Positions 30,456-39,725 are shown, numbered from the stretch's first letter. The stretch: DNA of 55,748 nt from Calditrichaceae bacterium (GCA_050173015.1 JBFXLE010000021.1:19978-75725), one strand, 5' to 3'. Notes: a model not told the origin generated them from the letters alone. Made by a program: numbers and translations.

Positions 30456-31847
30456 ATGTTTGAAGCTAAAATTTACAGTAACCGCAGGAATCAGCTTAAA
30501 AAGCAGGTGAAATCCGGTGTATTGTTGTTTTTGGGAAATGATGAGAGTCCGATGAATTACCCGGATAACGCTTATACTTTTCGCCAGGATAGCTCATTTT
30601 TATACTACTGGGGACTCGAATCTCCGGGATTGGCGGCGGTTATCGATCTGGATGAAAACCGTGAAATCCTGTTTGGATACGATTTTACCGTTGACGATAC
30701 TGTCTGGATGGGCCCGCAGCCATCACTCACAGACCGCGCCGCTCTCGCCGGTGTCAAAGAGGCGAAACCGAGCACGAAACTGGATGAATATATCCGCGGC
30801 GCCATAAAATCGGGGAGAAGAGTGCACTTTTTGCCTCCCTACCGGGCTGAAAATCGACTCAGACTCTCAAAATTGACCGGTATCCGGCCTGATACATTGA
30901 ATCATTATGTTTCTGAAGAACTGATCCGGGCGGTTGTCGGACAACGTTCCGTGAAAGCTGATGAAGAAACAGAACAGATAGAAAAAGCTCATGATATCGC
31001 TTATCAGATGCAAACCACCGCGATGAAAATGACCCGGCCGGGATTGTACGAGCGTGATATTGTGGGGGCCATGACCGGTATCGCGAACGCCATGGGATCG
31101 GGTATTTCCTTTCCGGTGATTTTTTCCATCCATGGTGAAACGCTTCATAACCATCATCATGAGAACAAGATGTCGGACGGCAATTTGGTGGTCAACGATT
31201 CCGGAGCGGAATCTATTCTGCACTACGCGAGTGACATCACCCGAACATTTCCGGTGAACGGAAAATTTTCAGAAAGACAAAAAGAAATCTATTCCATTGT
31301 TTTAAACGCCCAGATGAGCGCCATAGACGCGATTAGACCGGGTGTCCTTTACAGAGATGTGCATTTGATGGCCGCCAAAGTCATCGCCGGCGGACTGAAA
31401 GATCTTGGTCTGATGAAAGGGGATACGGATGAGGCCGTAAAAAACGGCGCGCATGCGTTGTTTTTTCCGCATGGTTTAGGTCATATGATGGGTCTGGATG
31501 TTCATGATATGGAAGATCTCGGTGAAAACTATGTCGGTTATGATGAATCTGTCACACGAAGTAAACAATTCGGTCTGGCCTATCTTCGTCTGGCTAAAAA
31601 ACTTATCGCGGGAAATGTTTTAACCGTGGAGCCGGGTATTTATTTTATTCCGGAGTTGATTCGTCAGTGGAAAGCGGAAAAGAAATTAGTTAAATTTCTG
31701 AATTATGACAAAATTGAATCCTATATCGGATTTGGCGGGATCCGCATCGAAGACGATGTTCTCGTAACCGAAAGTGGCCGAAGAGTATTCGGCAAACCGA
31801 TCCCAAAAACGATCGATGAAGTGGAAGCCGCAGTTTCAAAGAAATAA
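30456..31847 (+). CDS. pepP: Xaa-Pro aminopeptidase (M24B, aminopeptidase P)
   Basis: YTFRQDSSFLYYWG N-domain; TLHNH; D.GAE...YASDITRTFP; FPHGLGHMMGLDVHD; TVEPGIYF; GIRIEDD. Confidence 0.88.
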   Translation: MFEAKIYSNRRNQLKKQVKSGVLLFLGNDESPMNYPDNAYTFRQDSSFLYYWGLESPGLAAVIDLDENREILFGYDFTVDDTVWMGPQPSLTDRAALAGVKEAKPSTKLDEYIRGAIKSGRRVHFLPPYRAENRLRLSKLTGIRPDTLNHYVSEELIRAVVGQRSVKADEETEQIEKAHDIAYQMQTTAMKMTRPGLYERDIVGAMTGIANAMGSGISFPVIFSIHGETLHNHHHENKMSDGNLVVNDSGAESILHYASDITRTFPVNGKFSERQKEIYSIVLNAQMSAIDAIRPGVLYRDVHLMAAKVIAGGLKDLGLMKGDTDEAVKNGAHALFFPHGLGHMMGLDVHDMEDLGENYVGYDESVTRSKQFGLAYLRLAKKLIAGNVLTVEPGIYFIPELIRQWKAEKKLVKFLNYDKIESYIGFGGIRIEDDVLVTESGRRVFGKPIPKTIDEVEAAVSKK

Positions 31848-31936
31848 CGGTCAACCAAAATTGAGTTTTTTTATTAGTACAGCAGAATATGACGCTAAAA
31901 AGTTCATGAGACAAGTATTTAGGGCGGGGATGAGTA

Positions 31937-33118
31937 ATGTTAATACAGGAAAAAGTCAATCAGGCCAAAGGCATTCTAAAAGAATTTAAGGTGGATTGCT
32001 GGATCACTTTCGCCAGAGAGAGTCAAGTAAACGGGGACCCGACTCTGGCCTTTCTGATCGACGCGGATATCACATGGCATTCGGCCTTTATCGTCACTTC
32101 TTCCGGTGAGACCCGGGCGATAGTCGGGCTGTACGATCAAAAAACGGTTGAGGAGACCGGCGCGTATGATGAGGTGACAGGATTTGTGGAGGGCATAAAA
32201 GAACCGCTTCAGAAATATCTGAAAAATTTAAATCCTCGTCAGATCGCGATAAATTATTCGGAGGGAAGCGAAATTTGTGACGGTTTGACCCACGGAATGT
32301 ATCTTACACTTTACGGGTATCTCAAAGAGATCGGTTTTGCGGACAGGCTTATTTCAGCCGAGCAAATCGTTTCGGCGCTGAGACAGCGTAAGACGAAAAC
32401 GGAACTGGATTATATGAAGGAAGCCATCCGGATCACGGAGAATATATTTGGAAGTGTAAAGGAATTTATTAAACCCGGAGTAACGGAGAAGGAAATCGCC
32501 GCGTTTATGAAGGAGGAAGTAAAAAAGGCCGGTGTTGGATTCGGTTGGGAAGAATCGGTTTGTCCGGCTGTTTTTACCGGCCCTGAAACGGCGGGAGCTC
32601 ATTACGCGCCATCGGACAGAAAAGTGGAGCGGGGACATATTTTGAATATGGATTTTGGCGTCCGGTACAAAGGTTATTGCTCCGATATGCAGCGGACTTT
32701 CTACATCTTAAAGGATGGAGAAAATAAGGCGCCTTACGAAGTGCAAAAGGGATTTGATACCATAGTACAGGCGATCGAATCTTCAAAACTGGCGATGAAA
32801 CCCGGAGTCTTGGGAAAAGATATCGATTCCGTCGCGCGGAGTATCGTAATCCAAAATGGATACAACGAATTTCCTCACGGTTTGGGTCACCAGGTGGGCC
32901 GTTTTTCTCACGACGGCACGGCATTGCTCGGCCCCGCATGGGAAAAATACGCCGGAAAACCGTTCTATGCGCTTGAAGAAGGAATGGTCTTTACGATCGA
33001 GCCAAGGCTCACCGTGGAAGGAAGGGGTGTGGCAACCATAGAAGAGATGGTTCTTGTCACGAAAAACAGCTGTGAATATCTTTCCCGGCCGCAAAAAGAA
33101 ATAATTTTGATCAAATGA
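31937..33118 (+). CDS. M24-family Xaa-Pro peptidase (prolidase-like)
   Basis: MDFGV..KGYCSDMQRT; FPHGLGHQVG...HD; FTIEP; IEEMVLVT. Confidence 0.88.
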   Translation: MLIQEKVNQAKGILKEFKVDCWITFARESQVNGDPTLAFLIDADITWHSAFIVTSSGETRAIVGLYDQKTVEETGAYDEVTGFVEGIKEPLQKYLKNLNPRQIAINYSEGSEICDGLTHGMYLTLYGYLKEIGFADRLISAEQIVSALRQRKTKTELDYMKEAIRITENIFGSVKEFIKPGVTEKEIAAFMKEEVKKAGVGFGWEESVCPAVFTGPETAGAHYAPSDRKVERGHILNMDFGVRYKGYCSDMQRTFYILKDGENKAPYEVQKGFDTIVQAIESSKLAMKPGVLGKDIDSVARSIVIQNGYNEFPHGLGHQVGRFSHDGTALLGPAWEKYAGKPFYALEEGMVFTIEPRLTVEGRGVATIEEMVLVTKNSCEYLSRPQKEIILIK

Positions 33119-33260
33119 TATGGTTGAAACGCCGCGACAGAAGTTTCAACAATGTAAAAATACCGGCGCGGCGTAAGATTATCAATATCCGTTACGATAT
33201 GGACGATAAGAGAGAAGCTGAAGATCCTGAAAAGTTGATTAAAAAAGGAAGATCAATTTA

Positions 33261-34457
33261 TTAATAAATCTCCTCGTAAATCCGGATAATATCATCAATA
33301 CCGGCAGTTCTTGGATTTGTCAGTATGCTTCTGTCGGCCAAAGCGTTTTCAGCCATCATCCGGAAATCCGCTTTTTCGGAACTGATCTCACTCAATCTGG
33401 TCGGTAATCCGATCTCTATGATAAGATTCTGCACCGCGTCAATCCCCTTAAAGGCGGCTTCTTTTATAGAGAACTGTTCCGTTTTCTCGCCAAAAGCCCC
33501 CGCTATATCCGCTATTCGCTCAGCGCGAACCAATAAGTTGAACCGCATTACAGCAGGCAAGACCAACGCAATCGACATTCCATGGGGAATTTTATATTTT
33601 GCCCCAATTTGATGCGCCATGGCATGAGCCAAACCGAGACCGGCATTTGAAAACGCCATTCCGGCCATATATGACGCAATGGCCATTTTATGACGGGCCT
33701 TTTCATTACTTCCGTATCCCACCGCCGTCGGCAGATATTCGCCAACGAGACGGATTACCCGGTGCGAAAGCGCTCTGGCGAGGGTACATGAACTTCTGGC
33801 CAAGTAGGCCTCTATCGCGTGCGAAAGTACATCGATACCTGTCATCGCTGTTATTTTCGGGGGGATACCGAGAGTGAGCCTCGGGTCAATAAACGCCATA
33901 TCAGGAATGATATAAGGATGATCGATTAACATCTTTCTGTAGGTATCTGTATTGGTGATAACACTAATGGCGGTTACCTCGGATCCGGTTCCTGCTGTGG
34001 TCGGCACTGCCGCGAGTTTCAGGCGTTCATTTTTAATGTTTTCAGCGACGAAGGCACCGGGATTTGTTGAAAATACGGCAATCGCCTTTGCCACATCGAT
34101 AGGGGAGCCGCCTCCAAATCCCAGAATAAAATCACAGTTTTCATCTTTGACTTTGCTGATCCCTTCTGACAATATCTTATCTGTTGGATCAGATTGCACT
34201 TTGTCGAATACAATATATTTAATATTCTGTCGATTAAAGGAACGCAGCAACGGAGCCATAAGATTCATTTCCACCATGGATTTATCCGTTACGATCAGAA
34301 CTTTTTCCGGACTGTATTTGGCAATTTCCCCACCGATTTTGCTAGAAATACCATCGCCTACCAATGTATTTGGCGGCACTCTGAAATGAAATGAATTATC
34401 CACAGAAACTTCATCTATTGTTTGAAGTATAATTTCATTGATCAGATTTTCATCCAT
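33261..34457 (-). CDS. eutG: Iron-containing alcohol dehydrogenase, EutG-like
   Basis: GGGSPIDVAK; PTTAGTGSEVT; D..SHAIE; AGLGLAHAMAHQ.G...IPHG. F.VPP.TL.G and AVGYG segments resemble enterobacterial EutG. N-terminal amphipathic extension MDENLINEIILQTIDEV. Likely ATG at 34457; the ORF track starts at 34472. Confidence 0.78.
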   Translation of the reverse strand: MDENLINEIILQTIDEVSVDNSFHFRVPPNTLVGDGISSKIGGEIAKYSPEKVLIVTDKSMVEMNLMAPLLRSFNRQNIKYIVFDKVQSDPTDKILSEGISKVKDENCDFILGFGGGSPIDVAKAIAVFSTNPGAFVAENIKNERLKLAAVPTTAGTGSEVTAISVITNTDTYRKMLIDHPYIIPDMAFIDPRLTLGIPPKITAMTGIDVLSHAIEAYLARSSCTLARALSHRVIRLVGEYLPTAVGYGSNEKARHKMAIASYMAGMAFSNAGLGLAHAMAHQIGAKYKIPHGMSIALVLPAVMRFNLLVRAERIADIAGAFGEKTEQFSIKEAAFKGIDAVQNLIIEIGLPTRLSEISSEKADFRMMAENALADRSILTNPRTAGIDDIIRIYEEIY

Positions 34458-34505
34458 AATAACTACCTGCATTTAGTGAATAATCGAAAAATAACATTAA
34501 AAAGC

Positions 34506-34521
34506 CACAAAATTCGTGCCA
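34506..34521 (-). promoter_or_regulatory. Putative sigma54 (-24/-12) promoter for eutG
   Basis: Minus strand reads TGGCAC-GAATT-TTGTG: consensus -24 and spacing, but the -12 GC is replaced by GT. A second similar site, TGGCAT-CGTTT-TTGTT, lies at 34569-34554. Confidence 0.5.
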
Positions 34522-34628
34522 TTTTTTGGATGCCCGAAACACATGCATCTTTCAACAAAAACGATGCCATAATATTACCACTTTATCGGGGAAATGGACG
34601 AGAAGACCGCGAACTGATCATAATTACA

Positions 34629-34658
34629 GAAATGTGGCATGGGGAATAAATGTGGCAC
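34629..34658. promoter_or_regulatory. Putative enhancer (bEBP-binding) site upstream of eutG
   Basis: Direct repeat AAATGTGGCA at 34630 and 34648. The whole block closely matches the reverse complement of 39492-39518. Confidence 0.55.
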
Positions 34659-35033
34659 CCATATCATTAAAAAAATAACAAACAGGTGCGCGTTACAGAT
34701 TAATTAAAAGATACTAAGGAAAATATATTGAACGGACCTGTTGGAAAATATCGTATGGACCTTCAGAAAACTTATTTGCTTTTAATTCGTTTTACTTTAG
34801 AGAATTTAATTAGTAATTTACTGTTTAAGATCTTTAAAACTGTATTTGAGATTGATTGGCTTGGCTGTACGGCGATGACTGAATAATCTCTTAAAATGCG
34901 TTTAGGAGATGTTATCCGACAAATTTAATCAGGCAGCAGTGCAATTGTGGATTGTCGCGGAACAAGGATTTAAAGTTGTCCTTCAGTAAAAGTTGCCGCT
35001 GTGCGCTTTTTGAAACTAAATCAGCAATGGATT

Positions 35034-36083
35034 ATGTTTAAAAATAGAAATTTTGCCACTTTACTTAGTTTTTTGATTTTAACGGGCAGCGCCGTTATTT
35101 TTATCGGTTTGTTTACCTATAATTACTATGAATCAAAAAACATGCTTCTTGAAAATGCGAAAGAAAATGCGCAAAACATAACGGCCTCCTCTGTTCACGA
35201 AATTGAAAAAATCCTACTCTCACTGACAAAAATCCCTGATAACATGGCTTTCGTTTTAGAAAATTCTTCGTTCTCTGAAGATAAATTACATCTGTTTTTA
35301 AGATCGGTTGTGGACAATAACAATGAAGTTTACGGCAGTTGTATCGCGTTCGAGCCGCATGCGTTTAATAAGGACTCTGTTTATTTCGCGCCGTATTATT
35401 ATAAAACCAGGAACAGCCTCGGTTATTCAAATCTGGATAAGGACTCCTATCAATATATAAACTGGGACTGGTATAAACTACCAAAACAGCTTGGCCGCGC
35501 GGTCTGGAGTGAACCCTACTATGATGAGGGCGGCGGCAATATCATGATGGCTACATATTCCGTCCCGTTTTTTCAGACAATAAATGGTCAGAAGCGGATA
35601 AAAGGTATAGTGACTATTGATATCTCTCTTTCCTGGTTAAAAAATATTGTTTCTTCAGTTAAGTTGTTTGAGAGCGGATACGCTTTCTTGATATCAAAAA
35701 GCGGAAAATTTATTACCTATCCGCAGGAAGATTACATTTTAAATAAGGACATTTTTAGTATTGCCCGCGATCAAAATTCAGAGGCTCTGTCAGAAATCGG
35801 GAAAGATATGATTCAGGGTAGAAGCGGTTTTGCTCCTGTGGAGGATGGTGTTTTTGGAACCAAAAGCTGGGTATTTTATAATCCGTTACCGTTGACCAGC
35901 TGGTCGATGGCGGTTGTGTTTTCCGAAGATGAATTATTCGCGGATATATACCGTTTATACTGGGCGATCGCGCTGATCGGTATTTCGGGTCTGTTAATTC
36001 TCTTTATAATCGCATTCCAGGTTTCAAGATCAATAACAGGTCCCTTACAGGATCTGGTGCAAGAAACAGATCGTATTGCTTAG
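35034..36083 (+). CDS. Membrane-anchored dCache_1 sensor protein lacking a cytoplasmic output domain
   Basis: TM1; AFEP.AF..YFAPYYY; WDWYKLPK..AVWSEPYYD; GIVTIDISL; GYAFLISKSGKFITYP; TM2; ends at ITGPLQDLVQETDRIA* (first HAMP helix). Start ATG 35034 or GTG 35001. Confidence 0.8.
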   Translation: MFKNRNFATLLSFLILTGSAVIFIGLFTYNYYESKNMLLENAKENAQNITASSVHEIEKILLSLTKIPDNMAFVLENSSFSEDKLHLFLRSVVDNNNEVYGSCIAFEPHAFNKDSVYFAPYYYKTRNSLGYSNLDKDSYQYINWDWYKLPKQLGRAVWSEPYYDEGGGNIMMATYSVPFFQTINGQKRIKGIVTIDISLSWLKNIVSSVKLFESGYAFLISKSGKFITYPQEDYILNKDIFSIARDQNSEALSEIGKDMIQGRSGFAPVEDGVFGTKSWVFYNPLPLTSWSMAVVFSEDELFADIYRLYWAIALIGISGLLILFIIAFQVSRSITGPLQDLVQETDRIA

Positions 36084-36107
36084 CATCAACATTGAAGGAA
36101 TTAAGTT

Positions 36108-37895
36108 TTGAAATTAGTCCGGATCAGCAGGGAAAAAGGTATAACTCTCAGGGTTATTTTAACTTTTGTCATCTTTAGCGCATTATGGATTCTTATCTCG
36201 GAAGCAGTGCTCTCGGTGCTGCAAATCGACCTTAAAGGGTACATCCTTTTCGATACGGTAAAGAACCTCTTCTTTGTCATCATAACATCCATTTTACTTT
36301 ATATACTTATTTATCAGAATCTTCTTGTCATCCGAAAATCACACATTGCTATCCGGAAATCGCGTTTAATCTATCAAACTTTTTTTGAGAATACGGGAGC
36401 GGCAACAATTATTGTCAGGGAAGATTTATCCATATCACTGGCTAATTCAGAATTTGTCAGACTTTCGGAGTATGCAAAAGCAGAAATTGAAGAGAAGATG
36501 AAACTTCCTGAATTCATTGTTGAAAGTGACTGGGTGTCAATCGGCGAATATTTACTGGAACAGACAAAACAGGAAAATTCGGTCCCAAAAAGTTATGAAA
36601 CGAGAATGATAAGTAAGTCCCTAAAAATTCGGGATATCCTTTTGAATGTGGCTTTAATTCCCGGGACAGGCAGACAGGTTGTATCTTGTCTGGATATTAC
36701 CGATCTGAAACGCACCGAAGAAGCTTTAAGAAAGAGCGAAGCTAACAACCGGGCGCTATTGAATGCTATTCCTGACCTGATGTTTCGTTTTCATAAAGAT
36801 GGAACATTTCTTGAATATGGTGTCAAAAAAACGGAAGAACTGCTCCTGGGTCCGGATAACTTTCTTGGGAAAAAAGTGATTGACGTGCTTCCGGCAGAAC
36901 TGGTCGACAAAACCATGTATCATATAAATCAAGCCCTTAAAGATAATAATGTCCAGGTCTTTGAATACCAGATTCCTTTAAAGGGAAAGATAAATTATTT
37001 TGAAAGCAGATTAATCAAATGCGCGGAAGACGAGGTTTTAGCCATCGTCAGAAACTTTACCGAGAGGGTCAAGGCTCAAAGATTAGCTGAACTCAGGCAA
37101 AAAGAACTGATGCAGGCGGATAAAATGGCTACACTTGGGGTTCTGGTCTCAGGAATGGCGCATGAAATCAATAACCCAAATAATTATATACACCTGAACG
37201 GTAAAATACTTTCGAAAGTTTGGGATGATATCGGACCCGTATTAAGAAATTATTATGAATCTAATGGAGACTTTGCCCTGGCCGGTATGCCATACACCAA
37301 GGCGCATCCAAAAATCGCCCAGCTGATCACCGGCATCTCTGAAGGCGCGATGCGTATTCAGAGAATCGTTCAAAGCTTAAAAGATTTTGCCCGTAAAGAT
37401 GAAGGCGATCTGAATCAGAAAGTGAACATTAATAAAGTCATTGAGTCGGCGATTGTGATTATGAATAATCTAATCCGAAAGTCAACCAGTGTATTTAATA
37501 TGGAATACCAGGAGAATCTTCCCCTGGTGCGCGGTAATTTTCAGCAACTCGAACAGGTTATTATCAACCTGATTACAAATTCCTGCCAGGCCATACAGAA
37601 TAAAAGCGGAGGAATAAAGGTAACAACTTTTTACGATGATAAAAATGATAATGTGATCATTAAAATTATTGATGAAGGCCCCGGCATTTCAAAGAAGCAC
37701 CTGAAGAGAATCATGGATCCCTTCTACACAACTAAGCGTCATTCCGGGGGAACAGGGCTTGGGCTTTCAATCTCCTACAATATTATCAGAGAACATGATG
37801 GTGATTTGATATTTGATTCCCAGCAAAAGTCGGGGACCACAGCAACCATTATTTTACCCAAATACAAAGACGTTCTGAATCAAGAGGTTAAATGA
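36108..37895 (+). CDS. Sensor histidine kinase (2 TM, PAS-PAS, HisKA, HATPase; NtrB-like)
   Basis: H-box GMAHEINNP; N-box QVIINLITNS; DEGPGI; DPFYTTK; GTGLGLSISY; PAS termini DITDLK and NFTERVK. Confidence 0.93.
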   Translation: MKLVRISREKGITLRVILTFVIFSALWILISEAVLSVLQIDLKGYILFDTVKNLFFVIITSILLYILIYQNLLVIRKSHIAIRKSRLIYQTFFENTGAATIIVREDLSISLANSEFVRLSEYAKAEIEEKMKLPEFIVESDWVSIGEYLLEQTKQENSVPKSYETRMISKSLKIRDILLNVALIPGTGRQVVSCLDITDLKRTEEALRKSEANNRALLNAIPDLMFRFHKDGTFLEYGVKKTEELLLGPDNFLGKKVIDVLPAELVDKTMYHINQALKDNNVQVFEYQIPLKGKINYFESRLIKCAEDEVLAIVRNFTERVKAQRLAELRQKELMQADKMATLGVLVSGMAHEINNPNNYIHLNGKILSKVWDDIGPVLRNYYESNGDFALAGMPYTKAHPKIAQLITGISEGAMRIQRIVQSLKDFARKDEGDLNQKVNINKVIESAIVIMNNLIRKSTSVFNMEYQENLPLVRGNFQQLEQVIINLITNSCQAIQNKSGGIKVTTFYDDKNDNVIIKIIDEGPGISKKHLKRIMDPFYTTKRHSGGTGLGLSISYNIIREHDGDLIFDSQQKSGTTATIILPKYKDVLNQEVK

Positions 37896-39322
37896 TGAAA
37901 AATGTAACTTTCCCCCAGAATCCGGTGCTGCTTGTTGATGATGAAGAACAGTTTTTAATCAGCGCGGGGATGATGCTTAGTTCACATGGGGTAACCAATG
38001 TCCTGGAGTGTAATGACAGTACCAAAGTGATGGGGATACTGCAAAAAAATAATATATCAACGATTGTGCTCGATGTATTCATGCCCAATATATCAGGATT
38101 AGAATTACTTGATAAAATATGTCAGGATTTTCCAGAAATTCCAGTGATTATGCTTACCGCGGTTAATGAAGTGAATACAGCCGTACAATGTATGAAATCA
38201 GGGGCGCTTGACTACATCGTGAAGCCGGTAGATGACACGCGACTCATAACGGCCATAAAAAGGGCGGTGGAACTAAGGCAGGTCAGAAACGAAAACACGC
38301 GTCTAAAAAAATATTTGCTATCGGATGAGCTTGAACATGAATCGGCTTTTGAAAAGATAATCACACAAAATTCAAATATGCATTCCATTTTTAAATATGT
38401 GGAAGCCATAAGTTATACAAATCTTCCGGTACTGATCACAGGAGAGACAGGGGTTGGAAAGGAACTCTTATCCCGGGCGATCCACACGGTCAGCGGCAGG
38501 GAGGGGGCATTCGTTCCCGTAAATGTGGCCGGCGTAGATGATAATTTGTTTTCAGATACACTCTTCGGTCACAAAAAGGGGGCATTTACCGGAGCGGAAA
38601 TGGAACGTAAGGGATTAATTGAGAAAGCATTTGGCGGTACATTATTTCTGGACGAAATTGGCGATCTCAGCTATGAATCCCAGATAAAACTCTTACGTTT
38701 ACTTCAGGAAGGCAAATATTATCCTATCGGTTCGGATATGCCTAAATTATCGGATGCCCGGATCGTGGTGGCGACCAATGCCGATCTTTCGATAAATATT
38801 AACGATGGAAAATTTAGAAAAGATCTTTACTACCGGCTGCAAACACATCATCTGCACATTCCGCCTTTACGTGACAGGAAGGATGACCTACCTGTTCTGG
38901 TGGATCATTTTTTGGAAAAAGCCGCGAAAAACTTAAAGAAAAAAAAGCCAACCGTTCCCAAAGAATTATTCATTCTGCTGCGTAATTATAATTATCCGGG
39001 AAATATACGTGAATTGGAAGGGATGATTTTTGACGCGCTCAGCCGCCATAAAGCGGGAATTTTATCACTGGAACCATTCAGAGATAAACTTTTACCAATA
39101 AATGGTGAAAGTCTGATTGTAAGGGATACAGAATTCTCCGGTGTTCCGGAGAATGATAAAGGCGTTGTGTTCCCGGATCAGCTGCCGACAATAAAAGAGA
39201 TAGAGCAGGAATTGATTGACGAAGCTCTGAAGAGATCTTCAGGGAATCAGACGATAGCCGCGAGAATACTCGGTATTTCCAGGAGAGCTTTAAATAATCG
39301 TCTTCATCGCTCATCTGAATAA
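37892..39322 (+). CDS. Sigma54-dependent response regulator (REC-AAA+-Fis HTH, NtrC family)
   Basis: LLVDDE and LDVFMP receiver motifs; GETGVGKE; GAFTGA; FLDEIG; FRKDLYYRL; YPGNIREL; GNQTIAARILGISR. Confidence 0.96.
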   Translation: MMKNVTFPQNPVLLVDDEEQFLISAGMMLSSHGVTNVLECNDSTKVMGILQKNNISTIVLDVFMPNISGLELLDKICQDFPEIPVIMLTAVNEVNTAVQCMKSGALDYIVKPVDDTRLITAIKRAVELRQVRNENTRLKKYLLSDELEHESAFEKIITQNSNMHSIFKYVEAISYTNLPVLITGETGVGKELLSRAIHTVSGREGAFVPVNVAGVDDNLFSDTLFGHKKGAFTGAEMERKGLIEKAFGGTLFLDEIGDLSYESQIKLLRLLQEGKYYPIGSDMPKLSDARIVVATNADLSININDGKFRKDLYYRLQTHHLHIPPLRDRKDDLPVLVDHFLEKAAKNLKKKKPTVPKELFILLRNYNYPGNIRELEGMIFDALSRHKAGILSLEPFRDKLLPINGESLIVRDTEFSGVPENDKGVVFPDQLPTIKEIEQELIDEALKRSSGNQTIAARILGISRRALNNRLHRSSE

Positions 39323-39491
39323 AACTGTCCACAATAGTCTCATTACTTTTAAATGATAGACTTTCATAATTCATCATTTCAAAAGCATAATAAAAGTGTT
39401 GATTAATACTATCTGCTTCCTGTTTGTGATCAACATTACCTGCCTGAAAGTATTCCTGAAAGTTCAATTTTGATCGTGGCGGATTAAAAGA

Positions 39492-39518
39492 GTGCCACAT
39501 TTCTTCCCATGCCATTTC
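39492..39518. promoter_or_regulatory. Putative enhancer (bEBP-binding) site upstream of the eut operon
   Basis: GTGCCACATTTCTTCCCATGCCATTTC. Its reverse complement matches 34629-34658. A further inverted half-site, AGAAAAGTGGCACC, is at 39585-39598. Confidence 0.55.
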
Positions 39519-39665
39519 CATGTATATCTCATTTAAGTCCATTATAATAAGATGTTTAAATTAGTATAATTGAAAAAGCGCTTCAGAAAAGTGGCACCTT
39601 GTTACGGTTTTTCAGGTATGGGTTAAATCATTGTAAACACGCGATATACATACATTTTAAATTGA

Positions 39666-39681
39666 TGGCATCTTCTTTGCT
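39666..39681 (+). promoter_or_regulatory. Sigma54 (-24/-12) promoter
   Basis: TGGCAT-CTTCT-TTGCT has GG-N10-GC spacing. It lies about 45 bp upstream of ATG 39726 and directly downstream of a sigma54 activator gene. Confidence 0.8.
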
Positions 39682-39725
39682 TTAACGAAGGCGTTCAGGC
39701 ATTCACTCAAAGCAGAAAATTCAGT

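Noticed and set aside
33101-33262. Hammerhead ribozyme-like pieces (GAAAC-stem-GTA at 33126-33175; CTGAAGA near 33218)
   Set aside because: Stem III can form, but stems I and II cannot be paired around a correctly placed CUGANGA core in any topology I tried.
34860-34920. Riboswitch (e.g. fluoride-like GGCGATG) upstream of the dCache gene
   Set aside because: Only a short match plus one hairpin; the remaining conserved elements are absent.
36081-36110. Stop-codon read-through fusing the dCache ORF to the kinase (same frame)
   Set aside because: Three different in-frame stops (TAG, TGA, TAA) intervene, and the kinase has its own N-terminal TM pair.
39078-39542. 154-aa minus-strand ORF and other antisense or nested ORFs in the track (e.g. 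16972..17619, 5226..5708, 33952..34389)
   Set aside because: They overlap well-supported genes or regulatory DNA and show no family motifs; treated as shadow ORFs.
39323-39725. Cobalamin riboswitch or ANTAR hairpins upstream of the eut genes (also checked 42603-42741 and 52840-52990)
   Set aside because: No B12-box or other cobalamin riboswitch core could be recognised by eye, and no ANTAR protein is encoded in the window. An Infernal scan would be decisive.
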